64,000 nucleotides of DNA, taken from NCBI GenBank assembly GCA_039028615.1, contig JBCCHT010000002.1, forward strand, positions 448,001-512,000. Direction: 5' to 3'. Position numbers and translations under genes: made by a program. Source of the DNA: Myxococcota bacterium. Lineage in GTDB: Bacteria; Myxococcota_A; Polyangia; Nannocystales; Nannocystaceae. The notes under the pieces are model-generated. The model saw only the letters and a program-made list of their open reading frames with translations, ran no database searches and was not told where the DNA came from. Shown here one piece after another: positions 55,558 to 64,000 of the stretch (the first letter of the stretch is position 1; each line of letters begins with the position of its first letter).

Positions 55558-56634
55558 GTGAGCACCACGCGACGCGGACCGGGACTCGCCCTCGTCGGGC
55601 TCGCCCTGCTCTTCGCCGCGGCGTGCCGACCTCCCGCGCCCGCTCCTCCCGAGGAGCCTCCGGTCGCCACCACCGTCGACGCATTCGCCGACCTCCCCTA
55701 CGCCAGCGCTCCGCTGCCCGCGACCACCAAGGTCCTGCTGGTGGCCGGGGGAGACGACGTCGCGAACTTTGCCGCCGACGTGCTCGAGCAGCGCGCCCTG
55801 TGGATCGAGGCTGGGCTGCGCGACGACGAAATCGCCTGCTATTACGCCAAGCCCACGCTCGAGGCCCAACGCGAGGACCACGAACAATACGAACAGCTCC
55901 GGGCCGCGCTCGCGCCGTGCTACTCCGCCGACCCGGCCACCCTCCACGAGCACCTGCGCCAGGTCGCGCGCCAGGCCCCGCCCTTCCTCTATCTGTTCAT
56001 CAGCAGCCACGGCCTGCCGCCCTTGCTGCGGTGGAAGGCCGGAGTCGACGACGCCAACCGGCTGCCCGCGCGGCTCGACCTGCAGCCGGGAGAAATTGGT
56101 CGCTTCGATCACCACGCCATTGGGCTCGAGGGGGGCTCGGGCCCCGGCCTCGGTCAGGTCACCCCGATGCTCGAGGCTCATCGCAGCGGCACGCCGACGG
56201 AGCAGCTCGTGCTCACCCCCAGCACCCTGGCCGACGCGCTGACCGAGCTGCCCGAGTCGAGCGACGCCATCATCGTGCTGCAGGCGTGCTTCAGCGGCGG
56301 CTTCATCGGTCGCCCCGACGACGGGCCCTCGCCCCTGACCGAGCGCCCCCGCACCACCATTCTCACCGCCAGCTCGCCGCTGAGGCCGAGCTTCGGCTGC
56401 GGCTCCGGCTCGGCCCGCACCTACTACGGCGGCGCCTTCAATCGCGTCCTGGCCCAGGTCCTCGAGCACAACCCCACGCCACGCCCGCTCACGCCCGCCG
56501 CCATGCCGTGGGCATCGATCTACGAGCAGGTCCGCTTCGTCGTCGAAACGATGGAGCGCATCGACGGCGAGACGCCCTCCCAGCCCGCGCTGTTCAGCAA
56601 CGTGCCCGGCTCCGAGACCCAAGCCCCGCAGTGA
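55558..56634 (+). CDS. Peptidase C13 (legumain/Gpi8, caspase fold) lipoprotein
   Basis: Lipobox AAAC; LFISSHG and LQACFSGGFI dyad; ILTASS..RPSFGC. Confidence 0.82.
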   Translation: MSTTRRGPGLALVGLALLFAAACRPPAPAPPEEPPVATTVDAFADLPYASAPLPATTKVLLVAGGDDVANFAADVLEQRALWIEAGLRDDEIACYYAKPTLEAQREDHEQYEQLRAALAPCYSADPATLHEHLRQVARQAPPFLYLFISSHGLPPLLRWKAGVDDANRLPARLDLQPGEIGRFDHHAIGLEGGSGPGLGQVTPMLEAHRSGTPTEQLVLTPSTLADALTELPESSDAIIVLQACFSGGFIGRPDDGPSPLTERPRTTILTASSPLRPSFGCGSGSARTYYGGAFNRVLAQVLEHNPTPRPLTPAAMPWASIYEQVRFVVETMERIDGETPSQPALFSNVPGSETQAPQ

Positions 56635-56847
56635 AGCCGCCGCCTCGTCGAGGCCGTACAGGCGTCGAAGACGCGCTCCCGGCGAGGCCGGGCCCTTCGC
56701 CACGGCCGCCGAGCACGACCCACAAAAGGGGCGGCCGCCGTCGCGTCGGCGACCCCTTCAGGCCTTCAAATGGCCGTCACGGGCCCCAACGGCCGTCCCA
56801 GGCCCCCCTGGCCCCGCGCGCGGCCATGGGCTAGCTTCTGCCCTCCG

Positions 56848-57879
56848 ATGCTCGAGGCGCTCATCCCGTACATCGTGGCCCCCGAAAAGACGCTGGTCCA
56901 AGACCTGCCGTTGATCGGTGAGCTCAAGCTCCAGCTCTTCGGGCCGCTGGTCGCCACTGGCGTCATCGTTGGCTGGTACCGCGGCCTGGCCTACGCGAAG
57001 AAGAAGGACATCGATGAGTTCCTGTTCCGGGACTACATGTTCTGGATGCTCGTCTCGGCCTTCGTGATCTCTCACTGGGTCTCGGTCATCTTCTACTTCC
57101 CGGAGCGCGTGCAGGAAAACCCGTGGATCCTGCTGCAGATCTGGAACGGCCTTTCGAGCGTCGGTGGGTTCTTCGGCGCCACGGTGGGCGCGTTCCTGTA
57201 CTTGCGCTGGTACTGCGGCAAGCAACCCATGGGCAAGCAGCCGATCATCGTGTTCGGCGACGCCACGCTGTTCGGGCTGCTCGGCGGCTGGTGCTTCGGT
57301 CGCGCCGGCTGCTCCCTGGTACACGACCACCCCGGTCGCGTCGTCCCCGAGGGCACCTTCCTCGCGGTGGGCCCCTGGCCCGACGGCAGCTGGCGCTACG
57401 ACCTCGGTCTCGTCGAGTTCATGTTCGTCGTGACCCTGATGTCCGTCGTCTACTTCATCGTGAAGTGGGACAAGTGGCGACAAGGTCGGATGGTCGGGCT
57501 GGTCGCCTTCACGTACGCCCCGTTCCGCTTCTACCTCGACTCCCTGCGCGCCGATGAGCCCGCCACCCGCGTCATCCAAGACCCGGATCTGCGCTACGCC
57601 GGCCTCACCACCGCCCAGTGGTTCACCATCGCGTTCTTCATCGTCGGGGCCTACCTGCTGTTCTTCCGCAAGCCGAAGGAGGGCGACTTCGACTACGCCA
57701 AGGACAGCGAACGCCGTGAGCGCGAGGCCGCGGAGGCCGAGGGCGGAGACGGCGACGACAAGTCCGACCCGGACGACGATCACGACTCCGAGGAGCGTGA
57801 CGACGATTCCGAAGACGGAGAGTACGAGGACGACGACGACGGCGACGAGGAAGAGGAGCCCGAGAAAAAGGCCACCTAG
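56848..57879 (+). CDS. Divergent Lgt-family (prolipoprotein diacylglyceryl transferase) protein with acidic tail
   Basis: IWNGLSSVGGFFGA, FGRAGC, RFYLDSLR, GLTTAQW; about 7 TM helices; Asp/Glu-rich C-terminus. Confidence 0.8.
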   Translation: MLEALIPYIVAPEKTLVQDLPLIGELKLQLFGPLVATGVIVGWYRGLAYAKKKDIDEFLFRDYMFWMLVSAFVISHWVSVIFYFPERVQENPWILLQIWNGLSSVGGFFGATVGAFLYLRWYCGKQPMGKQPIIVFGDATLFGLLGGWCFGRAGCSLVHDHPGRVVPEGTFLAVGPWPDGSWRYDLGLVEFMFVVTLMSVVYFIVKWDKWRQGRMVGLVAFTYAPFRFYLDSLRADEPATRVIQDPDLRYAGLTTAQWFTIAFFIVGAYLLFFRKPKEGDFDYAKDSERREREAAEAEGGDGDDKSDPDDDHDSEERDDDSEDGEYEDDDDGDEEEEPEKKAT

Positions 57880-57918
57880 CGTCGCCAGCGTCCCGAGCGG
57901 CTGATGGGCCGCTCCCCG

Positions 57919-57953
57919 AAAGAGACCCCGTGCATGGTGCCGGGGTCTTTTTT
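57919..57953 (+). terminator. Intrinsic terminator
   Basis: AAAGAGACCCCG...CGGGGTCTTTTTT. Confidence 0.8.
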
Positions 57954-58062
57954 CGTGCCGGGGCTGCAACCGGTCGGCGGACGCGTCGTCATGTGGGGCG
58001 AGCATGCGCCGACTGTGGCGCTTTGCCCCGTCACCCCAAACCGCCCCCGAGAGATCCCCACC

Positions 58063-58767
58063 ATGCCCCGCATCTCCCTTTTGGTGTTCCTGTCCGCCGC
58101 CCTCGCCCTGCCCATGGCCACGGGCTGTGCCAACAAGGACAAAGGTACCGAGAACCCCGAGGCCTCCGATTCCGACGCCGATCCCCTGGTCGAGCTTCAG
58201 AGCATCCCCGACCAGATCCAGGCCGAGGTCGACATGGTCCTGCAGCCGATCAACGACGTGGACGTCGTCATCGACCAGGTCACCAGCATGCCCCAGACCC
58301 TGGGCGTCGACGCCGGTAGCCTCAAGGCCATGGCCGCGGCCAGCCTCTCGGCCAAGGCCGAGGACGGCGAGCTGTCGCTGACCGCCGACCTCGACATCGC
58401 CGCCGACGCCAAGGCCGAGGTCGACGAGGTCCTGCTCAAGGTCCAAGGCATCGCCACCGGCCTGCGCGAGACCCCCGAGCGAGCCAAGACCGCCACCACC
58501 AACATCGTCGCCCTGGGCGCCAACGCGACCGCGCTGGTCGGCAAGCTCACCGCCAAGTACCAAGCCAAGCTGAGCAACCCGATGCTCAAGGCCGAGAAGA
58601 AGGCCGAGATCCAGGCCGAGCTCGACATCGTGATCAAGCTCGACGCCGACATCAAGGCCGTGGTCAACGACGCCAAGACCACCGTCACCGAGCTGCCCTC
58701 CAAGGGCAAGGAAGCCCTGGTCAAGCTGACCGCGGCCTTCGCCGGCGACGCTTCGGCCAGCACCTGA
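58063..58767 (+). CDS. Alpha-helical lipoprotein of unknown function
   Basis: Lipobox ATGC; strongly biased codon usage. Confidence 0.78.
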   Translation: MPRISLLVFLSAALALPMATGCANKDKGTENPEASDSDADPLVELQSIPDQIQAEVDMVLQPINDVDVVIDQVTSMPQTLGVDAGSLKAMAAASLSAKAEDGELSLTADLDIAADAKAEVDEVLLKVQGIATGLRETPERAKTATTNIVALGANATALVGKLTAKYQAKLSNPMLKAEKKAEIQAELDIVIKLDADIKAVVNDAKTTVTELPSKGKEALVKLTAAFAGDASAST

Positions 58768-58813
58768 GTTTCTTTCTTCTCCTCAACGGTTGTACGTCCA
58801 TCTGAGTACGTCG

Positions 58814-58856
58814 ATGGGAGTCCGAGGTCCCGGTGGGCCTCGGGCTCCCATTTTTT
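58814..58856 (+). terminator. Intrinsic terminator
   Basis: ATGGGAGTCCGAGG...CCTCGGGCTCCCAT-TTTTT. Confidence 0.8.
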
Positions 58857-59047
58857 GTGTGCCTAGCCGGGTGCCCCCGGCCGCGTAACTGCCGCCCCCT
58901 GCTCGGATCGCCACGCTCGGGCGACGCCGACGCAATCGAGGTCGCACCGCAGGCACATGCAGCCCTCGCATAACCGGGGTGGTCGCACATTCGACCCCGC
59001 GACAATGGCCCCCGACCGGCCAATGACCCTGCTACCTTGTGTTGGAC

Positions 59048-60220
59048 ATGGTGACGCAGACGGGACGGGCAGTTGCGAGCCTCGTGGGGGCGGGCCTTTT
59101 GTTGGCCGCGCCAGCAGCCAGCGCCAGTAATGGCACCAAGCCGCGAATCCCGGTCGATTGGTCCGGCGGCGCGTGTATGACCATCGTCGACCGGTCCGCC
59201 GCGACCACGACCCACTTCGACTACACCATCTCCCAAGAAGACACCGAGCTCACCCCCGACGAGGTCGAGGACAGCCGCACTCATCAGTTCTTCGGGTTCT
59301 GCCGCGCCCACGATCCCCAGACCTTCCTGCCGCGCTGGATCACGCAAGACGACATCGATCGCGCGGTCCAGGTCAAAGCTGCGCCCGACGAGGTCGAGGC
59401 CGAGGACATCCTCGACACCTCCACCGAGTGGGGCGATTGCAGCGTCCGCATCACCGCCGACGACGACCGCCGCCCCATCACCTTCGAGGCGGCCGATGCC
59501 GGCGTCGACTGGGACACCACCGACGTGCCCGCCGGGACCTACACCGTCGAGGCCTATACCTGGGAGCCGCCGCTCAACATCTGGAGCCTGCACCCCGGGG
59601 TCGTCAAGGTCGTCGACTCCTCGGACGTCGCCGCCAGCGGGCCCGCCCACGCGATCACCAACACCGAAGAGGTCATCAACCGCAACGAGACGGTGACCCT
59701 CGAGGGCTGCGTGAGCGCCATGGAGGGCTCGACCCTCACCGCCTACTACGCGCTCGCCCTCCCCGAGGTGGACTGGCAGGTCTTCATCGAGGACGACCCG
59801 ATCTCCGGTGACAGCTACGCCGTCGAGTTCGACCCCCCCGAGGAGGTCGCGGGCGAGTCGCTCATCATGCGCATCGACGTCACCGACCCCATGGGTCGGA
59901 CCTACACCAACTACATGCGCGAGCTGGTGATCATCCTGGGGACCGACGGGCCCGGCGAGTGCGATGGCATGGGCTTCATCGGCGGAGCCGGCTGCGAGGG
60001 CGACTCCGGGGGCACCGAGACCGACGGCGACGCGGCCACCAGTGCCGTGGGTGACGAGACGGCCGGCGACGGCACGAGCGCGAGTACTACGCCCGGGCAA
60101 GACGGCGGTGACGGGGTCGATCCCGGCGGCTGCGGCTGCCAGTCGGACTCCACCCCCACGCCCTGGGCACTCGGGCTACTCGGCGTCGTGCTGTGGGGTC
60201 GACGCCGCCGCAACCGCTGA
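59048..60220 (+). CDS. Secreted protein with MYXO-CTERM sorting tag
   Basis: Signal peptide (ASA); C-terminal GGCGCQSD...PWALGLLGVVLWGRRRR. Confidence 0.85.
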   Translation: MVTQTGRAVASLVGAGLLLAAPAASASNGTKPRIPVDWSGGACMTIVDRSAATTTHFDYTISQEDTELTPDEVEDSRTHQFFGFCRAHDPQTFLPRWITQDDIDRAVQVKAAPDEVEAEDILDTSTEWGDCSVRITADDDRRPITFEAADAGVDWDTTDVPAGTYTVEAYTWEPPLNIWSLHPGVVKVVDSSDVAASGPAHAITNTEEVINRNETVTLEGCVSAMEGSTLTAYYALALPEVDWQVFIEDDPISGDSYAVEFDPPEEVAGESLIMRIDVTDPMGRTYTNYMRELVIILGTDGPGECDGMGFIGGAGCEGDSGGTETDGDAATSAVGDETAGDGTSASTTPGQDGGDGVDPGGCGCQSDSTPTPWALGLLGVVLWGRRRRNR

Positions 60221-60224
60221 GCGC

Positions 60225-61127
60225 TCAGCCCTTCGCGGGCCACAGCCACGCCGCACCACGGACGCCACTCGAGTCGCCATGGGCGGCGCGGACGAGTCGG
60301 GTATCGACGCGATCGGAGAACACCCACTGGCCCCAGCGCTCGGGCACCGCCGAGTAGAGCCACTCGATATTGGACACGCCGCCGCCCATCACGATGACGT
60401 CGGGATCCACCACGTTGATGATCGAGGCCAGGCCCCGCGCCATGCGATCGGCGTAGCGCTCCAGGGTGGCCTGCGCCGCGGCGTCTCCCGACTCGGCCGC
60501 GCGGGCAATGGCCGCGGCCGGCTGCGCCTGGTGGCCGTGGGCGACGTGGTCACGCTCGAGCCCGGGCCCGCTGAGGAAGGTCTCGATGCACCCGTGCAGA
60601 CCGCAGTAGCAGGCGGGCCCGGGGCGCTCGTCGTCGCGGGGCCAGGGCAGCGGGTTGTGCCCCCACTCGCCTCCGATCGCGTTGCGCCCGGCCAGCGGCC
60701 GCCCGTGGATCACCAAGCCGCCGCCCGTGCCCGTGCCCACGATCACCCCGAACACCACGTCGGCTCCGGCGGCGGCGCCATCGGCCGCCTCGGACAGCGC
60801 GAAGCAGTTGGCGTCGTTCTCCAGTCGAATCTCTCGCTGCAGCGCCTGCCCCAGGTCCTCGCGCAGCGGCTGACCGATGAGGCACGTGGTGTTGGAATTC
60901 TTGATCCGGCCCGTCGCGGCCGAGACCGCGCCCGGAGTGCCGATCCCGACCGTGGCCTGCGCCCCCAGCTGTGCCTCGGCGTCCCGCACCATCGTCGTCA
61001 GCGTGCGCACGATCGACCCGTAGTCCTCGCGGGGCGTGGGCTGCCGACTCCGCAGCGTGATGGTCCCGGCCTCGTCCAGCGCGACGATCTCGATCTTGGT
61101 CCCACCCAGGTCGATGCCGATTCGCAT
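60225..61127 (-). CDS. mak: ROK-family fructokinase / manno(fructo)kinase
   Basis: GIDLGGTKIE, ENDANCFALSE, GEWGHNPLPW, CYCGLHGCIETF, HGDSSGVRGAAWLW. Confidence 0.9.
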   Translation of the reverse strand: MRIGIDLGGTKIEIVALDEAGTITLRSRQPTPREDYGSIVRTLTTMVRDAEAQLGAQATVGIGTPGAVSAATGRIKNSNTTCLIGQPLREDLGQALQREIRLENDANCFALSEAADGAAAGADVVFGVIVGTGTGGGLVIHGRPLAGRNAIGGEWGHNPLPWPRDDERPGPACYCGLHGCIETFLSGPGLERDHVAHGHQAQPAAAIARAAESGDAAAQATLERYADRMARGLASIINVVDPDVIVMGGGVSNIEWLYSAVPERWGQWVFSDRVDTRLVRAAHGDSSGVRGAAWLWPAKG

Positions 61128-61204
61128 GCCTCACCGTGACGCGCCGAGGGCTCCGAGGTCAACGCGCGGACCCGGCTTGATTCCCGGCCCCGCCCTCGCC
61201 GAGG

Positions 61205-61963
61205 ATGAGGCCGCCCATGCTCGTGCGTCTGTGCTCCTCGTGCTGCTGCCTGTCGCTGTTGCTCGCCTGCGGGGGCTCGCCCGCCTCGGGTGATGCCAAA
61301 GCGAAGCCCGACCAAGAGCCCGCCCCCGCGACGAAGGCTCCGGCCGAAGATCCGACCGAGCCTGCCCCCGCCGCGAAGACTGCTCGGACCTGGAGCTTCG
61401 ACGACGCGAAGGCCGGCCCGATCCCCGCCGGTTTTCGGGTGACGGAGACGGGAAGCTCGGGCACGCCCGCGACCTGGGCCACGGTGGCCGACCCCACCGC
61501 TCCCACCGCTCCCAACGCGTTCGGCATCACCGAGACAAAGAACCCGAAGGCGACCTACAACCTCGCGCTGGCCGAAGGCACCGAGTACGGCGACGTCGAC
61601 ATCTCCGTGATGGTGAAGGCCGGCACGGGCGAGCTCGACCAGGGCGGCGGGCCCATCTGGCGGGTCATCGACGAGGACAACTACTACATCGCGCGCTGGA
61701 ACCCGCTGGAGAAGAACGCCCGGTTCTATATCGTGCAGAGCGGCTCGCGAAGCGCCCTGGGCAAGGTCGAGCTCGACCTCGACCCCGCCGCCTGGCACTC
61801 GCTGCGGGTGGTGAGCGAGGGCGCGGTCATGCAGCTGTTCATCGACGACGAGCCCGTGTTGCGGGTCGAGGACGACACCCACAAAAAGCCGGGGCAGGTC
61901 GGCCTGTGGACCAAGGCCGACGCTGCCACGTGGTTCGACGACCTGTCGGTCACCACCCCGTAG
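61205..61963 (+). CDS. Lipoprotein with ConA-like (DUF1080-type) beta-sandwich
   Basis: Lipobox LLAC; DQGGGPIWR, NYYIARWNPLE, GQVGLWTKADA, FDDL. Confidence 0.75.
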   Translation: MRPPMLVRLCSSCCCLSLLLACGGSPASGDAKAKPDQEPAPATKAPAEDPTEPAPAAKTARTWSFDDAKAGPIPAGFRVTETGSSGTPATWATVADPTAPTAPNAFGITETKNPKATYNLALAEGTEYGDVDISVMVKAGTGELDQGGGPIWRVIDEDNYYIARWNPLEKNARFYIVQSGSRSALGKVELDLDPAAWHSLRVVSEGAVMQLFIDDEPVLRVEDDTHKKPGQVGLWTKADAATWFDDLSVTTP

Positions 61964-61972
61964 GGGCCGCGC

Positions 61973-63247
61973 TCAGCAGTCCTTGGGCGAGACCCACATG
62001 CACACGTCGTCCCACTCGGCGCGGCACTCCATGCCGAGCGGACACTCTTGGCCCCCGCTGCAATCGAGGGAGCAGCGGTTGTTCTCCCCCGTGGCCCCGT
62101 CGAGGATGCACGTGGCCGGGGCCGTCCCAGTGGGGGGCGTGGGGCAATCGGCGTCTTCGAGGCAGTGCTCGATGCAGAAGCAGCCCGAGATGCACTCCGC
62201 CCCGTTGCCGAAGCCGAAGTTCCCGCGGTCGCAGAAGTTCTCGTTCTCGAGCGAGCACCACGGGTAAGTGTCGTCGACGCCGTCGGGCGGGCAAGCGCCC
62301 GGCGTGTTGCAGGGGTGGAACTCGGGCAGCGCACAGATGCCGATATGCTCCTGGCCGGGCTCGGCCACGCCCGGGTTGAGGAACGGAATGCACTCGTGCT
62401 CCGCCTCCGGGCACGTGGCGGTCGGATCGTTCAGGTCGCAGAACTCGATGCAACAGCCCCCGGAATCGCAGCCCGGTCCGTACATCTCGCCGGCCATGCA
62501 CATCGAGCCCTCGACGCATTCGAAGCCCATGCAGGGGTCGCCCGGCATCGCGGTGCCCGGCTCCGGGCCTTCACACGTGAAGCCGGCGTCGTCCCACGAC
62601 TGGTTGAACACGCAGCTCCCAAAGCCCTCGGGACACTCGGGCTCCAGAGGATCGCAGTTGGGCATGCACCACGAGACCGAGCAGGTGGCACAGGTTCGGC
62701 ACTGCTGCCCCTCGCCGCACTCGTAGTCCGAGTCGCAGATCTCGACGCAGACCGGAGAGTCGGCCAAGAGACTCGAGCAGAACGCTCCATCGCCGCAATC
62801 GTCCGTGCACGACCCGGGGTCACGCGTGCACTCGCCATAGAGCGCGACCGGATCGTCGGTCACCGCAGCGCAGACATAGGACTGGGCCTCGAGCTTCAGC
62901 GACCCCTCGTCGGGGGTCCACGGGACGCACTTGAAGCCGTCGGGGCAGTCCTGCTCCGCGACGTCGCACTGGCTCTCGCCCTCGAGGGGTGGGCACTCGA
63001 AGGACGGGGGCTCTCCGGTCGACTCACCCGTGGACTCCGTGTCGGCGACGGTCGTGCCCGAGGTCGACGAGCCCACGACCACCGACGTCGCTCCTTCGGT
63101 CGAGTCTCCAGTGACGCCGCCCGAGTCGGGCTCCGTGGGTGTACCGGTCGTCGACGAGCCTCCAACCTGGTCGGTGGGGTCCTCGGTCGTCGGGCAGCCT
63201 AAGAGGAGCGAAGCGGGTAGAATAACTTTCAAAAACCGCATAGCCAT
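61973..63247 (-). CDS. Cys-rich myxobacterial lipoprotein
   Basis: Lipobox LLGC, Ser/Thr linker, CDVAEQDCPDGFKCVPW and many Cys repeats. Confidence 0.8.
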   Translation of the reverse strand: MAMRFLKVILPASLLLGCPTTEDPTDQVGGSSTTGTPTEPDSGGVTGDSTEGATSVVVGSSTSGTTVADTESTGESTGEPPSFECPPLEGESQCDVAEQDCPDGFKCVPWTPDEGSLKLEAQSYVCAAVTDDPVALYGECTRDPGSCTDDCGDGAFCSSLLADSPVCVEICDSDYECGEGQQCRTCATCSVSWCMPNCDPLEPECPEGFGSCVFNQSWDDAGFTCEGPEPGTAMPGDPCMGFECVEGSMCMAGEMYGPGCDSGGCCIEFCDLNDPTATCPEAEHECIPFLNPGVAEPGQEHIGICALPEFHPCNTPGACPPDGVDDTYPWCSLENENFCDRGNFGFGNGAECISGCFCIEHCLEDADCPTPPTGTAPATCILDGATGENNRCSLDCSGGQECPLGMECRAEWDDVCMWVSPKDC

Positions 63248-63251
63248 GAGC

Positions 63252-63266
63252 AATAATAGTATTATT
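63252..63266. promoter_or_regulatory. AT-rich 7-1-7 palindrome, putative operator
   Basis: AATAATA-G-TATTATT between divergent lipoprotein genes. Confidence 0.55.
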
Positions 63267-63357
63267 CCGATGATTTGAAGAGCGATCCGAGGACAAACCC
63301 CGACAAACCATCGGGCCATCGGGCCGGTTTTCACTCCCCATACCCCTTGGCTTCCTC

Positions 63358-63939
63358 ATGATTCGAGCTGCCCCATCTTCTTTGTTCTTCGCGTTGGCGT
63401 TCGCCGTGGCCTGCAACCCGAGCGAGGCCTCCGACGACGCGAACCCGAGCGACGGCTCGAGCCGCGGCGACGCGGCCAGCACCTCGACGTCCTCCGTCAC
63501 GCCCGGTTCATCCGGAAGCTCGAGTGCCGCCGGGGACTCGACGAGCGCGGTCACGAGCACCACCTCGGGGACGACGGCGTCCGAGGACGGCACCACCCGC
63601 GGCACTCAGTTCGCATGCGGTGACGAGCTGTTCTGCGAGCTCGGTGAGCACTGCGTCCTGCCCTGCTGTGGTGGCGCACCACCCAGCTGCGACCCGATAC
63701 CCAAGGACGGAGAGTGCCCGCCCGGCACCCCCGAGTTCGGCAAGTGCTGCGACTTCATGGGCATTCCCGATTGCGACGAGGCCGACTGGTGCCAGCTCCC
63801 GCCGTGCGAACCCGCCCCGCCGCGCTGTGTGACCGCGGAAGATCTGATGTGCGATCAGTCGGGGAGCTGCAAGGTCCTCGGCGACGACTTCTGCATCGGC
63901 CCCGTGGAGAACAACATCATCACGTGCCAGTGCGCATGA
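63358..63939 (+). CDS. Cys-rich lipoprotein
   Basis: Lipobox AVAC, Ser/Thr linker, Cys-rich C-terminal domain. Confidence 0.75.
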   Translation: MIRAAPSSLFFALAFAVACNPSEASDDANPSDGSSRGDAASTSTSSVTPGSSGSSSAAGDSTSAVTSTTSGTTASEDGTTRGTQFACGDELFCELGEHCVLPCCGGAPPSCDPIPKDGECPPGTPEFGKCCDFMGIPDCDEADWCQLPPCEPAPPRCVTAEDLMCDQSGSCKVLGDDFCIGPVENNIITCQCA

Positions 63940-64000
63940 GCGGCGGCTCAGCGCCGCACCGGTAGCCGGACCCGAGCTTCGCACCCCTGCTCCGGCTCGC

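Noticed and set aside
57700..57870. GAC/GAG-rich low-complexity tract
   Set aside because: Encodes the acidic tail of the Lgt-like protein; not an independent repeat element

Overview
GC-rich bacterial chromosomal segment, most likely from a myxobacterium (Nannocystaceae-like). This is inferred from MYXO-CTERM-type sorting tags, a Ser/Thr kinase-TM-TPR protein and many Cys-rich or acidic lipoproteins. It holds about 55 CDS and one CAT-anticodon tRNA (probably Ile2). I saw no rRNA, CRISPR array, integrase or transposase. Main blocks in order: RNA ligase plus HD-kinase (RNA repair-like) operon; plant PYD1-like dihydropyrimidine dehydrogenase behind a structured leader; a five-gene imelysin/di-heme operon behind a Fur-like box, with an unannotated divergent 42-aa Cys microprotein; an animal CYP7-like P450; a LysR/pirin/flavin stress cluster; AraC plus a membrane-CDGSH fusion; a WGR-SWIM-DNA ligase; USP/CBS/ldh; tRNA plus zinc-ribbon gene; argH; gor; gltBD; a tightly coupled six-gene amidohydrolase/decarboxylase/RidA/hydrolase/C13-peptidase operon; a divergent Lgt paralog; and surface proteins. 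Many genes have a TANNNT hexamer only 6-10 nt before the start codon, suggesting widespread leaderless transcription. All family calls come from motif recognition by eye. No searches were run.
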